Assembly (NCBI GenBank): GCA_964016885.1
Contig: OZ024741.1
Location: forward strand, 390,042,001 to 390,106,000
Reading direction: 5' to 3'
Source: Eledone cirrhosa
Lineage: Eukaryota
DNA: 64,000 bases
The notes under the pieces were generated by a model, which did not search any database, was not told the DNA's origin, and worked only from the letters and a program-made list of their open reading frames with translations. The translations under genes were made by a program, and so were the position numbers. This document shows, in pieces, positions 26,340 to 39,640 of the stretch (the stretch's first letter is position 1; every line of letters starts with the position of its first letter).

Positions 26340-27405
26340 TGCACTGCATGCGTTGCATGCACTCACCCTTCGCCCCTGGTATATATCTATCTATCGACAG
26401 CTCATCTCGCTGACAGAGCTGCAGTCCTGGGTGAATAAAAGACCGAAAACGATGGGCGCCTGGCACATTGAATGCGCTCAGACGCTCACAGTCCTCTGGC
26501 AAGCGGGCGCAGCAATCAGTGGAGACTCCACTTCGACATTCTATAGAGGGATTGTACGTTACAAGGGCGACGACGTGCTCGGAGAGACTCTGGGTATCGA
26601 AGATGATGAGCTCACCAGTCTGTTTGGTAGGACTTTCCACCCGGGACCTGTGGACAACTTCCAGAGGTTCCTGGCCTGGCAGTGCTACCGAGGAGTTCTA
26701 CCGGTTCGTGACAAGATCTACAGGCACGGACCCCCCGGCAGGGATCCTTCCAAGAGGACGTGTCCAAGATGCGTGCAGGACATTGAAACAGTCCTGCACG
26801 CAATTGTACACTGCCCGGGCGTAACCAACCTGTGGAACTATGCAGAACAACTGCTGTCGCGTATGGGACAAATCCAGTTGACTGCCGAGTCCATAGTAAG
26901 GATCAAACCGCCAGCCTCTTTCAAAAACGAAACGGTTTTCCTCTGTACGGTGGCTATGGTGAAAGAAGTTATATGGTGGACGAGGTTGAGAGGACTGAGG
27001 ACAGATGCCTTTCTCTCCGGACAACAATTGATTCCCTTCTTTAAGTATCACTTTAGAAAGAGAATCAGGGTGGAGAGAGAGGCACTGCACTCCAGTAAAT
27101 TTACTGAAAGGTGGGTGAATGAAGCGAAAATGGCCCGAGTGATTGGGCCTTCTCTGTTTATAAGCCTGTAGGTTGAGGAAGAGAGCAAAAGGAAGAAAGG
27201 AGCACTTGCACAACACGCTCTTGGAGTTGAGGGTTGTTCTATCGACGGGGTATTAAACAACCCATTTGTGGCGCCTCCCCCCTATTGGGGATTTCGATTG
27301 TTGTAATTGTTTGTTTTTATATTTTTTACACGACTGTATGTAAAATCCCCGGCATGTCTTTGTATTGTCCCCTTTTCTTGTGCGCCCTTGTGGCTAATAA
27401 AGAAA
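26340..27405 (+). mobile_element. Tx1/L1-group LINE 3' fragment (zf-RVT CCHC domain) with 3' UTR
   Basis: FLAWQCYRGVLPVRDKIYRHG...CPRC...ETVLHAIVHC. The ORF ends at 27171, and a T-rich UTR ends in aataaagaaa. Confidence 0.85.
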
Positions 27406-27414
27406 TATATCTAT

Positions 27415-27534
27415 ATAGGAAAAAGTATGACCCCGACGGCAGAGCTCAAGCCGTTTCAACGGCTATTTCTAGACGTCTAGAAATAGCCGTCGAAACGGCT
27501 TGAGCTCTGCCGTCGGAGTCATACTTTTTCCTAT
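27415..27534. repeat. 120-bp spacerless palindrome
   Basis: 60-bp arms centred at 27474/27475 (tctagacgtctaga), with 2 mismatched pairs. Confidence 0.95.
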
Positions 27535-28167
27535 TACCCACTCTACTACTCTAAGTATTGAGTACTCTGGTACGTTATGGTCCATCTGGTTCCTTACCAC
27601 AATTCCTATGTTATCTATCTATATATATATATGTGTGTGAGTATAAAAATATGTGCGTGTGTGTGTGTATAGTATTTATGTATAGAAATACTATACACAG
27701 TATTTATGTATAGTATTTATGTATAGAAATACTATACACACATTTTTTTTCCTTCTCTCTCTTTCGTGTGTGTGTGTGTGTATGTGAACGTTGTTTTTTT
27801 GTCTTTCTTCTAAAACTTACCTATGCGTGTGAAAGTACGCGTTTATAGGCATTGAAACAAAAAAGAAAAAGACAGAATAAAAACAACACAAAAGCCTGAC
27901 TGCTATCGTTGGTGGAGGGTTACCAAGCTATACACGAAAGCCAACAGATAGGCCAACACCGAATGTGTGCACACCTGATATATCCTGTAAATGACCTGGT
28001 AAATAGAAACCAGAAGAAAGCTAGCGTCGGTTTAGCTAAGTTATCATATCCAGCTGACATATATATAATATATATGTATATATAATATATATGTAGTATA
28101 TATATATATATTATAGAGATAGATACGCACGTGTCACAAGCTAGAGGATAGTTTGAATGTATGAGCA

Positions 28168-28365
28168 ATGTTCTCTTACATTACATCAATAACATTGAAG
28201 GGTAGTGTCCCGAGAGCCGTTCTTCAACAGTGCTACAGGTATGTTTCGCAAGACCGAACTTATAAGCTGGTTGTGGTCGGTGGTGGTGCAGCTGGATCTA
28301 GTATAGCCTCTACCTTTTGCCGGCACTTGGATAAGGGCAGTGTCGCCGTCATCGAAGAACATAAG
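28168..28365 (+). CDS. SQOR: Sulfide:quinone oxidoreductase, mitochondrial; coding exon 1
   Basis: ATG, a basic/hydroxylated transit-peptide-like leader, the FAD Rossmann motif YKLVVVGGGAAG...VAVIE, and a |gtaagt donor in phase 0. Confidence 0.9.
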
Positions 28366-28565
28366 GTAAGTGTGCGAACAGAGTAAAGGAAAATTTGCTT
28401 TCGTTGTGTGTGGTATATATATATATTCATCCATACACATACTAGTTTTTTGTCGTTTAGGAAAGGTCAAGTTGCAGTTAACAATAAATGCAGCTTGTGA
28501 ATTTGAAATTTGGTTTCATAATGCCTTTCATTCTTTCTCTCTTTCTCCACGCACATATTTATATA

Positions 28566-28765
28566 AAAAGGGGTCGGCTGAAAAGTTCGTTGGCTAAGCA
28601 AGACACTTTCACGGAATAACCAAATGAGGTTTACTTTACAACATAGTTCCAAGAAAGAAACAATGTAGCTATTAATAAGAAGACTTGAAATTAATGCATA
28701 CAAGATTTCACAGCTTTAGTATCACTCGTTCATAATCAGCCTATGAACTTTTTAGCCGACTCTCG
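28566..28765. mobile_element. Mariner-type MITE
   Basis: TIRs ggggtcggctgaaaagttcgttggct / agcctatgaactttttagccgactctcg, followed by TA. Confidence 0.7.
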
Positions 28766-28802
<37 letters not shown>

Positions 28803-30494
28803 ATGTATGTGTGGAGAGAGTGAGAGAGAAAATTTATACATGTGTTGGAAAGAAGTAGGTGTTGTTTATCAATGTCAAGCCATTATTTCCTGTATACTAG
28901 AAGTAGCGAGTAGTAAGACAAATTACCTCATTGATTTGGCTTGAATGAATTGCGTAAGAATTGATTGTGAAATACCTTTTCTAAGTCGTAGTTAAGAAAG
29001 TACGTTCACACACACATATATATATATATTCCAACCTCCATTCCCTTTTGAGGATATTTTTATTTAATTTTTGTGACCATGTCTTGGTTAAGCTACAAAC
29101 TCTATACTCTGTGAAAAAACCCATATTGTCCTTAACCCCTTTCTTACCATATTTCCATGCAAATATACTGCCTGGCCCGTTTCTTTTAATTAAAAAAAAA
29201 TAATTAGACTTGGAGAGATTTATTGAAATAATTTCGTCATTATTAAGTTGATATCTGGAATAAAACAAAATATTTTTATATAGAATTATGATGGGTTGTT
29301 TTAATTTAGATATGAATATCTTAAAACTAGAAGTTTTGTATCGGAACGAAGTACACTCTAGGACTAGTTGGGATCAAAAGGTTTGTGATTAAAGTTGTCG
29401 TAGTGTGTGTTCTTAGGATTACTAAAATGCCAAAATTGTCTATCACATGCTCGCTCCTGCATAGATTTTTTTACCTTGTGCAACTTTGCTATATATATAT
29501 ATTTATTATACAGAGCATATAAATAAATTTACAGTAGAAAAACATAACAAATATGTTTTAAATACATACATAAATAACATTACAAATGCTTAGATAACAT
29601 TATAAATTGCTCGCGATTCTTTCAGAAAGATATATTCTTTTAATGTTACAATATTAAAGGAAGGGTGAATAACCGAGCCAACACCAGAGCAAAAGACAGC
29701 AACGTCGTGAGGAGTACTAGCAACCTCTCTCAAGATTTTTTTAGGCAAGCCAGCCCATAAACACACGCGGGTGCACATATTTACGATGTGCGTCTGCAGT
29801 TTTTTTGTCACTTGGAATCCATTCACAATATTCTGTCAGGAGTTACGACCGGTAGATAGTATCAGCAATGGAAATACAAATAGAAACACGTTTTCCTTGA
29901 TCTGATTTTGGTCCCATTCGGTAAGCAAATGAAATGAGGTCTGAGGTCATGTCGATCGAACTCTATGCTATACTAACAATATTCTAAATACATAAACAGA
30001 AAGCTTTATTTCGTTTAAATGTTTTAATTCGCTACAAATCAATCGTGACTCGTAGTGGGAGATTTAAATAGAGTTCACTGTCAACCTATAATAACTTACA
30101 AGAAGATTCATAGTTCAACGTGGGACCCCATTTGCTCGTAATAATGAGAGATGGGGAGGGTGAGAGAGAGGGAGGCGATGACAGTGGGAGTTCGGTTCTT
30201 CTGTATTCGGACCTAGTGTACGTGTTTACTTCTATTCGTTCGATATAACAGTAACAAGCAGTACCAATAACTCTCATCATCTGATGATGAAGCTTGTTTG
30301 CATTTTCGATTTTGATCACGTCCTGTCTTGATCCCACAGAGTTTGGAAGGTCAGCCAGGCAACATCCTCCGTCCTAATCAATGAAGGTTGTTGTTTGACT
30401 CGTGTCAAACAACAATGAAGATTGTTGTTTGACTCGTGTATTTCCATGTCATGGTGTCCATAGGAGTATATCACTTATGAACAGAGTTTCTCAG

Positions 30495-30780
30495 AGGCCC
30501 AGGTCACGTGGTAAGTGTGTTGGATTTACAATCATTATGTCGTGGGTTCGCTTCCTGGACTGGATTGTGTTCATGAGCGAAGCACTTCATTTCACGTTGC
30601 TCCAGTATACTCAAATGAAAATGACTACCAGTACTAACTGGAGGGTTTAACCCTGCGGTGGACTGGCATCCTGTCCAGAGGGGGGGGGGGGTTCTTGTAG
30701 TCGCTTAACATCACGGAAACCGGGATAAGCTCCAGCTTGATGAGCCTCCAAGTTGGAGACAGACTTTAGACTTTTTAGAC
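30495..30780 (+). mobile_element. tRNA-derived SINE, second family (CORE-like domain)
   Basis: tRNA-like head (gtggtaag...ggttcgcttcc), the catgagcgaagcacttcatttcacgttgctccagt core and a (ttagact)n-like tail. A second copy lies at 48158-48428. Confidence 0.6.
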
Positions 30781-31232
30781 AGGTCACATTCGCCCCTCAG
30801 TAATCTTATGTTTCCCCTATTCCTCTCCATTTGAACAATCTTTTCAAACGTCAATAATTGTTATAGTCTTAACCAGCATTGTTTTGTTAATTCATGATCA
30901 CCCATATATTGGTATCTCATCTTATCTATCTATACATAATATAAAAGAGAGATGTTTGTTGGTTGGTTGGTTTCTTCGCGCTTCGCACAAAAACAAAGTG
31001 ACAATCGAAAAGTAAGTACAGCAATGGAATAAGGGTATATCCAGGAAAGTTTATTGATACTAATTTTATAACATCAAAGAAGAAAAACATCCCGGATATA
31101 CCAACCTGACTGCTATTTCTAGCAGGTTGGGAATCGACGATTAGGTATTGCGCGTTCGTTGTCAGTGATCATCGTGCTTCGCGACCAACGTCTCCGATTT
31201 CGAACGCTGATTTACACACACACACACACACG

Positions 31233-31269
<37 letters not shown>

Positions 31270-31270
<1 letters not shown>

Positions 31271-32317
31271 TAGCAGTTGTGTATACCATTTATGTCAATA
31301 CTTCAGTGCTGCTTCGAAAACTATACTTTTACAAAATCATCGGCTTTTTCCAAAAGGGGGTTCCTGCCCCCAGGGGTCCCCTACTCAATATGTGCCAATT
31401 CTGAGAGTTCACATTCATCTGTAGGACAAACGTAGCCCATGTGTCAAGTTTTGTGAAAATCGGTTGCAAACTCCAGAAGATATGACGTTTTGTTGCATTG
31501 CACTGCAGTGCTTCAGTCGACTCCAAGAAAGTGGTTAAAGAGGGTTATCTGCCGGGAGGCTCTATAATCAATATCTGGAAAAATGAAAGTGCCCATGACC
31601 ATCCGGAGTACATAAGTAACCTATGTCTTAAATTTGGTGAAAATACTGTAGAAATGCATAAGGTTTATACATACGCATGCGTGCGTGTGTGTGTTTGTGG
31701 GTGTGTATGTATCTGTGTGTGCGTATGTATGTGTATGTGCGTATGTATGTGTATGTCCGTCGGTGCATATGTATGTACTGGCCTAAATCTTCACTATTTG
31801 CTTTTACTATTTTAATAACCTCTGTCATTTTCGTTTTCAATTTTATTTACATCATTCTTAAACTCCGGGGCTGGAAATCATTCTGTTATTTTAAATAGAA
31901 TATTAGTCTAACGACTCCATTTATACCATAAACTTGGTCTTGTCTTTGCATGAAATTGTTTTCGCTCCACATAACGACGTATTATCCTCGCTTTTTTCCC
32001 GTTCATTGCCAGGGAACGTCTTCACGAACCAAAATATCGTCTTCCAGTTTTCGTTCGGCTGCAACGTTTCTCGAAATATTTACTTCTGCGTTCACAGATT
32101 ACTCTCACTTCAATTTGAATGGGAAATTCCTGTTTCATCGATTTTCTCCGTAACCATGGAAGCTTGTAGCTTGAAAGTCGACCCAACGCCTCCTCGGGTC
32201 ATTCTGCATAACTGTGTAAATTTTCGCTACATTCCACCAAGCCGTTTCAACGTTTATCCGACTACACCTACTTACTTAAATATACAACGTCCGACCACTT
32301 CCAATTTATATAGTAGA
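31270..32317 (-). mobile_element. Non-autonomous Helitron
   Basis: The minus strand starts TCTACTATATAAA at 32317 and ends CTAG|T at 31270, with (TA)n on both flanks. The 3' hairpin is degenerate. Confidence 0.5.
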
Positions 32318-32422
32318 TATATATATATATGCAGAGGTTATATTTAATTTGTTGGGATTCAACAAGCTTAAACATTTTTTAAAACTGATATAAAGCACTC
32401 AACAGATTAGTGGAGTAAATAC

Positions 32423-32690
32423 ACAATATATTAATAAATGGAAACTATATTTATAAAACCATATTTATTTTATTGCACATATTTCAAGGGCAACCAAGGC
32501 AAATTATGGTGCGCTTTCATCAGATAAAATACAGATTTGTTTTATAATTCCGGGTATGTCATTATTTATAAAACAAATCTGTATTTTATCTGATGAAAGC
32601 GCACCATAATTTGCCTTGGTTGCCCTTGAAATATGTATAATAAAATAAATATGGTTTTATAAATATAGTTTCCATTTATTAATATATTGT
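32423..32690. repeat. Inverted repeat with 125-bp arms and an 18-bp spacer (Penelope pLTR-like)
   Basis: 32423-32547 is the reverse complement of 32566-32690 apart from 2 adjacent substitutions. Confidence 0.95.
32582..32647 (+). ncRNA. Candidate type I hammerhead ribozyme
   Basis: Stem I tattttat/ataaaata (8 bp), CTGATGA at 32590-32596, stem II aagcgcacca/tggttgccctt, GAAA at 32628-32631, palindromic stem III ATATGTAT, and cleavage triplet AUA ending at 32639. Confidence 0.7.
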
Positions 32691-33199
32691 ATATATATAT
32701 ATATATATATTAAAATAACATTAACGTTTAAGCAAAGAATTGCTGCTTTCACCCTTAACGAGATCTCCTGAAACATTTATTATTATTACTATCTATATAT
32801 ATATATACACTAGCAAAGGTGATGCTCGGGTATTTTACAAAAGTTACAATATATTTTGGCACATAGAAAATATTTGACCAATGAAATATGATTGCGTATT
32901 TTAAATGAAGTAGGAATTATAGTAGAATATTTATTGTCGCTTGTGCAAAGCAAATCATCAAGATAAAAATATTAGTTTTGTCCGTGGTTTTTTTTTTCGG
33001 ATACTGCTCCCTATTAAAGCCAGCATATATAATGCTTTACATCTAGATAAATCATTAGGTATGTTGTCAGTGAAAAGGGCATGACTACATAATACATTTG
33101 GATTTTTTTCCTTTTTTTTTCCTTTTTTTTGCTCAATCAGAACCTCTGAAAATCAAACGTCATGTGAAGTCTATTTTGAAAACTATCCAATAATCAGAC

Positions 33200-33685
33200 G
33201 AAGGTAGGTTGGCGTAAAAGCCAAACTTGGTGTCTTCAATTCTTGGTGCCAACCCTTACCTATGGTCATGAATCTTGGGTAATGACTGAAAGAATATGAT
33301 CGCGAATACAAGCGGCCGAAATGGGATTCCTCTGAAGGGTCTTTGGAGTAATGTTACTTGATAAAGTGTGTGTAGCTCAGAGATCAGAGAATTACTCCAG
33401 GCAGAGCTGCTACTTCTCGAAATTGAGAGATCACAGCTCTGATATTATGGTAATGTGATTAGAATGTCTCAGGAAAGAACTGGTGGACAGATTTTATGGG
33501 CAAAACCAACAGGTAGGAGACCTAGGGGTAGACCCCAAGCAAGATGGTTGGATAACATCCATGAGCTTGGCTGGTCACGCTTGGGGATCCAGCCGAGAGA
33601 GTTGCTTCTGACATGACCTGTTGGAGGGAGTGTTTGATGATTCTTCCCCCACGAGCCTCTCAGGAATAAGTGGGCGAAGAAGATA
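33200..33685 (+). mobile_element. Degenerate RTE-type LINE 3' fragment
   Basis: LTYGHESWVMTERI*SRIQAAEMGFL*RV...PTGRRPRGRPQARWLDNI, with stops. Confidence 0.75.
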
Positions 33686-34096
33686 TATAAAATAAGAAAA
33701 TAAATTTAGCATTGGTTTATGAATGAATGAAGCATTTACTTACTCATTTCTGTAATTCAGGAAAGTGTATTTAAATTTTTACACTAGCTTTCACCAACCT
33801 TTGCCTCTATGGCAGTAGAATCTTGTTTGAAGGAGATTGTTCTATTTCTTTTAGGTATACCAACAGTTAGGCTCCTATTACATACATACATACATACACA
33901 CACATGGATTTTGCTAATATTCCTAGTAGATTGAGGTATCTTTCCGTTTTGCTTCATACATATATACATACATAAGACAGTAAGGTGGGATTTGAAGGAA
34001 GTTTGGCTGCTATTTCTAACAGATCTAGCTAGCTACCATAAAAAGATCTCATTTATACTACTATGTATACTATTATCATTTATACTACTATGCACA

Positions 34097-34400
34097 CTAG
34101 AATGCCTGCATATTCTTCCAAAGTAACACTAAGCAGTTGCAACTTCAGAATTACTTGCAAACTACATGTGTATTGTCATTAAATGAGGAATTACGATATT
34201 GCTCATTCCAAAGCCTCTGGATAAACAACATTCTTGGTTTTGCCCTGTGATGCTACAATGAAAAATCAATCAGGGTTTCCAACCCTTGTAGTATCAACAT
34301 TGAGTTGACCATGTGAAAAGACAGGATCTGCCAGGTTCAACCCAACAGTTTTCAATAATTGCCTTTGAGATTTATTATGGTCATGGCAAAAACGCAAGGC
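34097..34400 (-). mobile_element. Helitron RepHel (Pif1-like helicase) C-terminal fragment and 3' end
   Basis: NKSQRQLLKTVGLNLADPVFSHGQLNV...RVGNP, then GKTKNVVYPEALE*. The minus strand ends CTAG|T at 34097. Confidence 0.78.
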
Positions 34401-35237
34401 TTGAATATCGTAGTTTATCTCCTGAAAAACTGTTTGTGCTACTTCCATTTGTCTATCACTTATGCTGATGTCTCCCTAAAAATCCCACTCTTGTCGGGCT
34501 CAGCACTAACTATTATGCCTGGTCTTCCCCCAACTCGAAAAATTCCCCTCTAGTATTCCATTTCTGCACAAGTTACATCAACTTGTAAGTGTTCAAGAGG
34601 AACGTTAACCAGCTTCTGATCTCACAGGTCTCTGAAGTTCTTCAAAGGTCATGGATTTATCCACTTGCTTTCCAGACCAATCTCCCCTTACACATGGACT
34701 GAGCCTCTTTCTCTCTCTCCATACCAACCCCATCCTTCACATGGACTGAGTCTCTCACTCTCTAGACCAACCTCCAAAACCCATGGAATGTGATTGTAAC
34801 ATTTAATCCTTTAACATTTAAACTGGCCATATCTGGCCAGAATTCTCTTACTTCTTTCTGTTCAAACTGCTGTAACTGGCTGCTCATACTTATGTTAAAG
34901 TATTGTTCTCAAAATAAATAATATCAAAATCTCATAGATTTGATATTATATGAGATAATGAAAATTCAATAGTAAATATAGAGTAATGTAAATGCTAAAG
35001 GGTTAAACCTTTCTCAGGAGCATTAATAGAATAAATAAAGTTAGAGAGGAAGATTTAGTAAAAAGAAAAGAAAATCAATATTTCTTATATAGACTATCAT
35101 CATCACCATTGATATCAGTATTATCTATTGGTAAGTTTGCTTTTTATTTATATCATTCGCACATTTTCTTGGATTCATTCTCACATGCTAACACTATCTT
35201 TAAAGAATAACTGGAAAGAGAAGAGGAAGGGTCATGT

Positions 35238-36095
35238 AGTTAATTCTGTGCCATACAAAAGACTTATGGCAAAACTCTTTGCAATGGGTGTGAAGGATGA
35301 TCTTTTTAACTGGTTGAAGTCCTTCATTCTCAGTCGAAGAGAGGTAGTCACGGTTCTAGGACAGCATTCCTCACCATATGAGATGTCATCTGGTGTACCA
35401 CAGGGATCTGTTCTTGGCCCCCTTTTGTTTGTGGCATATATTTATGAGATAGATGCCAACATAAAGAATGCCACAGTAATGAAATATGCAGATGACATCA
35501 AGCTGTACCTTGAGATAAAAAGGACAGATCCTGAACACTATAGATCTTGCTTGCAATCTGACCTGGACACAATGCAACAATGGATCACAGACTGGCAACT
35601 CAAGCTAGCTGTGGACAAGTGCACCACCATGCATTTTGGGAGTAAAAACCCACCATCCACATACTCGCTCCACAACACTAATATCAAGAAGTCTTCTTGT
35701 GAACGTGACCTGGGCATTACGGAACAACAACCCTGAGTACCTTTTTGATTTCCATGTGTCTAACACACGTGGGCATGCCCACAAAGTCAGAAAACAGCAC
35801 AGTTCCCATGACTTTCGGAAACATTTTTTCACGCTCAGAGTTGCTGAAGCATGGAATAAACTACCTGTATCAGTCGTTAACTGTTGAGACACTGCATCCT
35901 TTAAAACCTCCATGCTTCCCGAGATTCGCCAACACTACACCTAATATTCCCCCGCCATACACACACACACATGTATATCATGACTCATACACTATTCACT
36001 TCCCTGACGTTTGTATATTATTCTATGTACTATACATGCACCTTTGACGAGTTGTAGTGCACCTGAGCCCTGAACACAATAATTTCATTATTATT
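35238..36095 (+). mobile_element. CR1-clade LINE 3' fragment with an internal deletion
   Basis: SGVPQGSVLGPLLF, YADD, ERDLGI, then jumps to NNNPEYLFDF...RGHAHKVRK. Closely similar to 42890-44172 in the opposite orientation. (ATT)n-like tail. Confidence 0.9.
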
Positions 36096-38849
36096 TTTTT
36101 TTTTTTATTAAGTGGGAGTTAACAAACTGAATGTAGTGGGCTAAAGCTTTTTGGATATCTATAAACACTAACACTTTTGTTAGATATTTTAAATAAAAGA
36201 TGCTGTATATGGTTTTCAAAGAAATTTGAAAATGAGGAAGAATTTAGGCAGGATTTATAAATATATTTAAATTTCTCATTATTAAGCTAGTATTTGGAAT
36301 TTAATAAATGCTGGAAGTTTTAAATTTAAATATAAACACTTTAAAACAAAATTTTGTATCATAGGACTAGGGGTGGTTTTAGGTAGTTTGGTACCAAAAT
36401 GGTTAAAGGTGTTTCAATTATGATAATCCCATCTTATATTTCAGACATCAAGTATTGAGGACCCAGTGTGTCATTCCTTTTTTAAGGTGATATGATTTGG
36501 GGGTGACTTGACTACTATTTCTAGAAAGTGAAGCTACTGCATAGAAGCTCTTTCTTTAGCTTGAGTAAGTTGGGAGCTTAGTGAATGTGAGTGATGGAGG
36601 TTTGCCTAGTAAAAGATTAACTGAACTTTCTGCTATACATGTGGCCATTTTCAGAGTGGTTAGTGTGTCAATGTGAATTCAAGGATCCTAATCAACAAGA
36701 TCCCAGACTTTATCCATTTACTGATTGGGGTGGATCTCAGCAAATCAAACCAATCTTTCCAGTGGTCTTTCCATTGCTGATAATATTTACTAGTTGCAAC
36801 TCCTGGCTGAAGGAGCAATGTGAAATAAAGTGTCTTGCTCAAGGACATAATGCATTCCCCAGCCCAGGAGTCAAACTCACAACCTCACAATTGTGATTCC
36901 AACTCTCTAACCACTAAGTCATGCAACTTGTGGATAAGTGAGATGAATACACAGCATAGACAGGATCAATGAAGTAGTATGTAGTATCAGTAAGTGCTTT
37001 CATAACTTTTATAGAAGGGTGTTAACAGCTTGCATTAATGGATGGCTATTGTATTGTGGTTTATTTATGTTCATAGAAAGCTTTCTGTTTGGCTACCAAT
37101 TAGTGTGACATGGAGGTTGATATATTCCAATTGTATTTATGATATAAGGAATAATACAGAGAAAAGCAGGGAAGGAGGAGGAAGTAATAATTTACTCGCT
37201 TATTCCTTTCAATCAATCATCATCATCATCATCATTTAACATCAACTTTCCCTGCTAGCAAGGGTTGGAGGGGTCTACATAGACAAAGTCAGAATGGAAG
37301 TGGGGCTACAACCTCCCAGACAGGCCAGGGGTGGTTACATCTCGTATCAATAAGTATATTTTTATATTAGCAGAATCTGGGAGTGTAAGACAAAATGTTT
37401 TGTTTAGTCATGTTTTCAGTTCAAATTCTACTGGGGTTGATTTTTACCATTTATCCTTCAGGAGTGGAGGGGTCACTAAAATAACTACTAGTCAAATACT
37501 TCAACATTGTTCCCTTTCAGCTGTACTCTGGCGCAAACGTTTTAGAACTAGGGCACAAAAGTTAATTGCCTAAATTAATGTTTAATTAGAGAAGGAAGGG
37601 CTGGGCCGATGACCCTTTTCAGGGCCTCAGAGACTGGTAGGAGAGAGGATTATTGTTCTTAAACCAGTGACTTTATCTACAACAAAGGAGACTCTGCTAA
37701 AGATACCCAAGGGACACATGATGGTATTAAACTGGGCAATAAAGTGTCACATAAACAGTGGGATTTAAATTTAGAATGCAAAAAGCTGGAACAAATACTC
37801 CAAGATATCATGTTTATTGCACTATCAGTTCTGCCAATCCAATATTCCAGACTGGTACTTTATATCATCGACCCCTGATAAGATGAAAGTCTATGTTGTT
37901 CTTAACAGAATTTAAACTGAGACTGTAAAGAGCTAGAACAAATGCTGAAAAAAGATTTGTCCTATGCTATAAGGATTCTGCTAATTCTCCAACTAATGTA
38001 TATATTATTATACATTTAGTAGGCACATTTTTGTCATGGGGAAAATTTTGTGTGACATAAGATTTTTTTTTATATATTCACGACTAAATATTTGAAGGAT
38101 GTACCTTGCACCTATGTCAAAAATCACTAACATTACAGTGAAGTGACATTCAATGAACCAATGGATAAACTACATTGTGGTATTTGGTTATCTTCTTGAT
38201 GGTCATATATGGACAACTTCACTTTTCATCCTGCCAAGATCGATAAAATATGTACCTGTAAAATACACACTGCAAAAAGCACGCAGTCCACCCTGTAAAA
38301 TGGTTGTGTGATGATACAACAAAAAGCACCCAGTCCACCATGTAAAGTGGTCATGTTGGTAACACTACAAAAAGCACCCAAACCAACCTGTCAATTGTTC
38401 ATTTTGGTGCCATGAGAAAAAGCATCCAGTCCATGCTGTAAATGTGGTTGATGTTAGAAAGGGTATCCAGCTGTAGAAACAGTTCTGTATGAGCAAGACA
38501 TGGTTACCTGATCTGACATGTCTCACAATGGGACAACTTGTCTAACCCATACTAGCATGGAGAATAGATGTTGAATGGTGATGATAACTGTACTCATAAA
38601 TAAATAGAAATTCTAATTGTAGTTTTATAATACTTGTTGCCAGATGAAATATCTATTTAGCAGGACAAGAGCAGGGCCAATCTTTCACCTGCTGAGGCCC
38701 TAAGCTATATGAAATTTGAGGCCCTTCTCTAAACAGATTTGGTGAAAAAATGTTTAATAATTAAACATGATTATTACTTATTAATTATTTACAAAATTAT
38801 TTAATTGATTATTCCATTTGTCTCATAGAAAAATAAAAACATTTTTAAA

Positions 38850-39640
38850 AATTCAGGGAGCCACTGCTAGCTGCAAAAGGCTTTTCCCTCAAAATGAAAG
38901 GCAGACTGTATGATGCGTGCATATGAACAGCAATGTTACATGGTGATGAAACCTGAGCAGTGTGTGTAGAAGACTTGCGTAGATTAGAAAGAAGCGAAGC
39001 TTGCATGCTCCGATGGATGTGTAATAGTAATATACGCGAATGGCAAAGCATAAACGAATTGAGAGAGAGACTGAACATAAGAGGAATCAAATGGTGTGTG
39101 TAGGAGAGGAGGTTGCATTGGTATTGACATGTGATGTCTATGAAGGATGACAGCTGCATAAAAAGGTGCAGAGCGAGCACTAGAAGTCGATGGAAGCCGC
39201 AGAGTGGGGAGACCCAAGAAGACCTGGGATGAGGTGGTAAAAGCCGACCTTACCCAATTGCACCCCTCAAAGGCAATGACACAGGACTGTGACCTGTGGC
39301 GTCTCGCAATAATACAGAAGACCTGACTTCCGACGGGTACAAGCTGAAGCATATTGACAATATGCCCCCCCCCCCCCTGCAAAGTGGTCGGGGAGGTGCC
39401 ACAGCAAAAAAGCACCCAGCCACACTGTACAGTGGACGTGTAGGCGCCACGGAAAAAAAGCACCCAGCACTCACTGTAAATGAGGTTGGTGTTAGGAAGG
39501 GCATCCAGCTGTAGAAATCAAGCCAGAATCAGTTCCTGTATGAGCAAGACAAGGTCAGCTGACCTGACACTGCCCACAATAGGACAACCCATCTAACCCA
39601 TGCTAGCGTGGAAGAATGGGCGTAAAACGGTGATGATGAG
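38850..39640 (+). mobile_element. RTE LINE (family B), decayed 3' fragment with 3' UTR
   Basis: [19 protein letters not shown]... with stops. The 3' UTR matches the reverse complement of 59865-60200 and ends in (GAT)n. Confidence 0.88.

Noticed and set aside
27480-27505. GAAAC in the palindrome as a hammerhead half
   Set aside because: No upstream CUGAnGA box and no valid stem III.
28168-28386. Bacterial-type or horizontally acquired sqr gene
   Set aside because: Spliceosomal introns, a transit-peptide-like leader and animal-type motifs indicate the ordinary nuclear SQOR.
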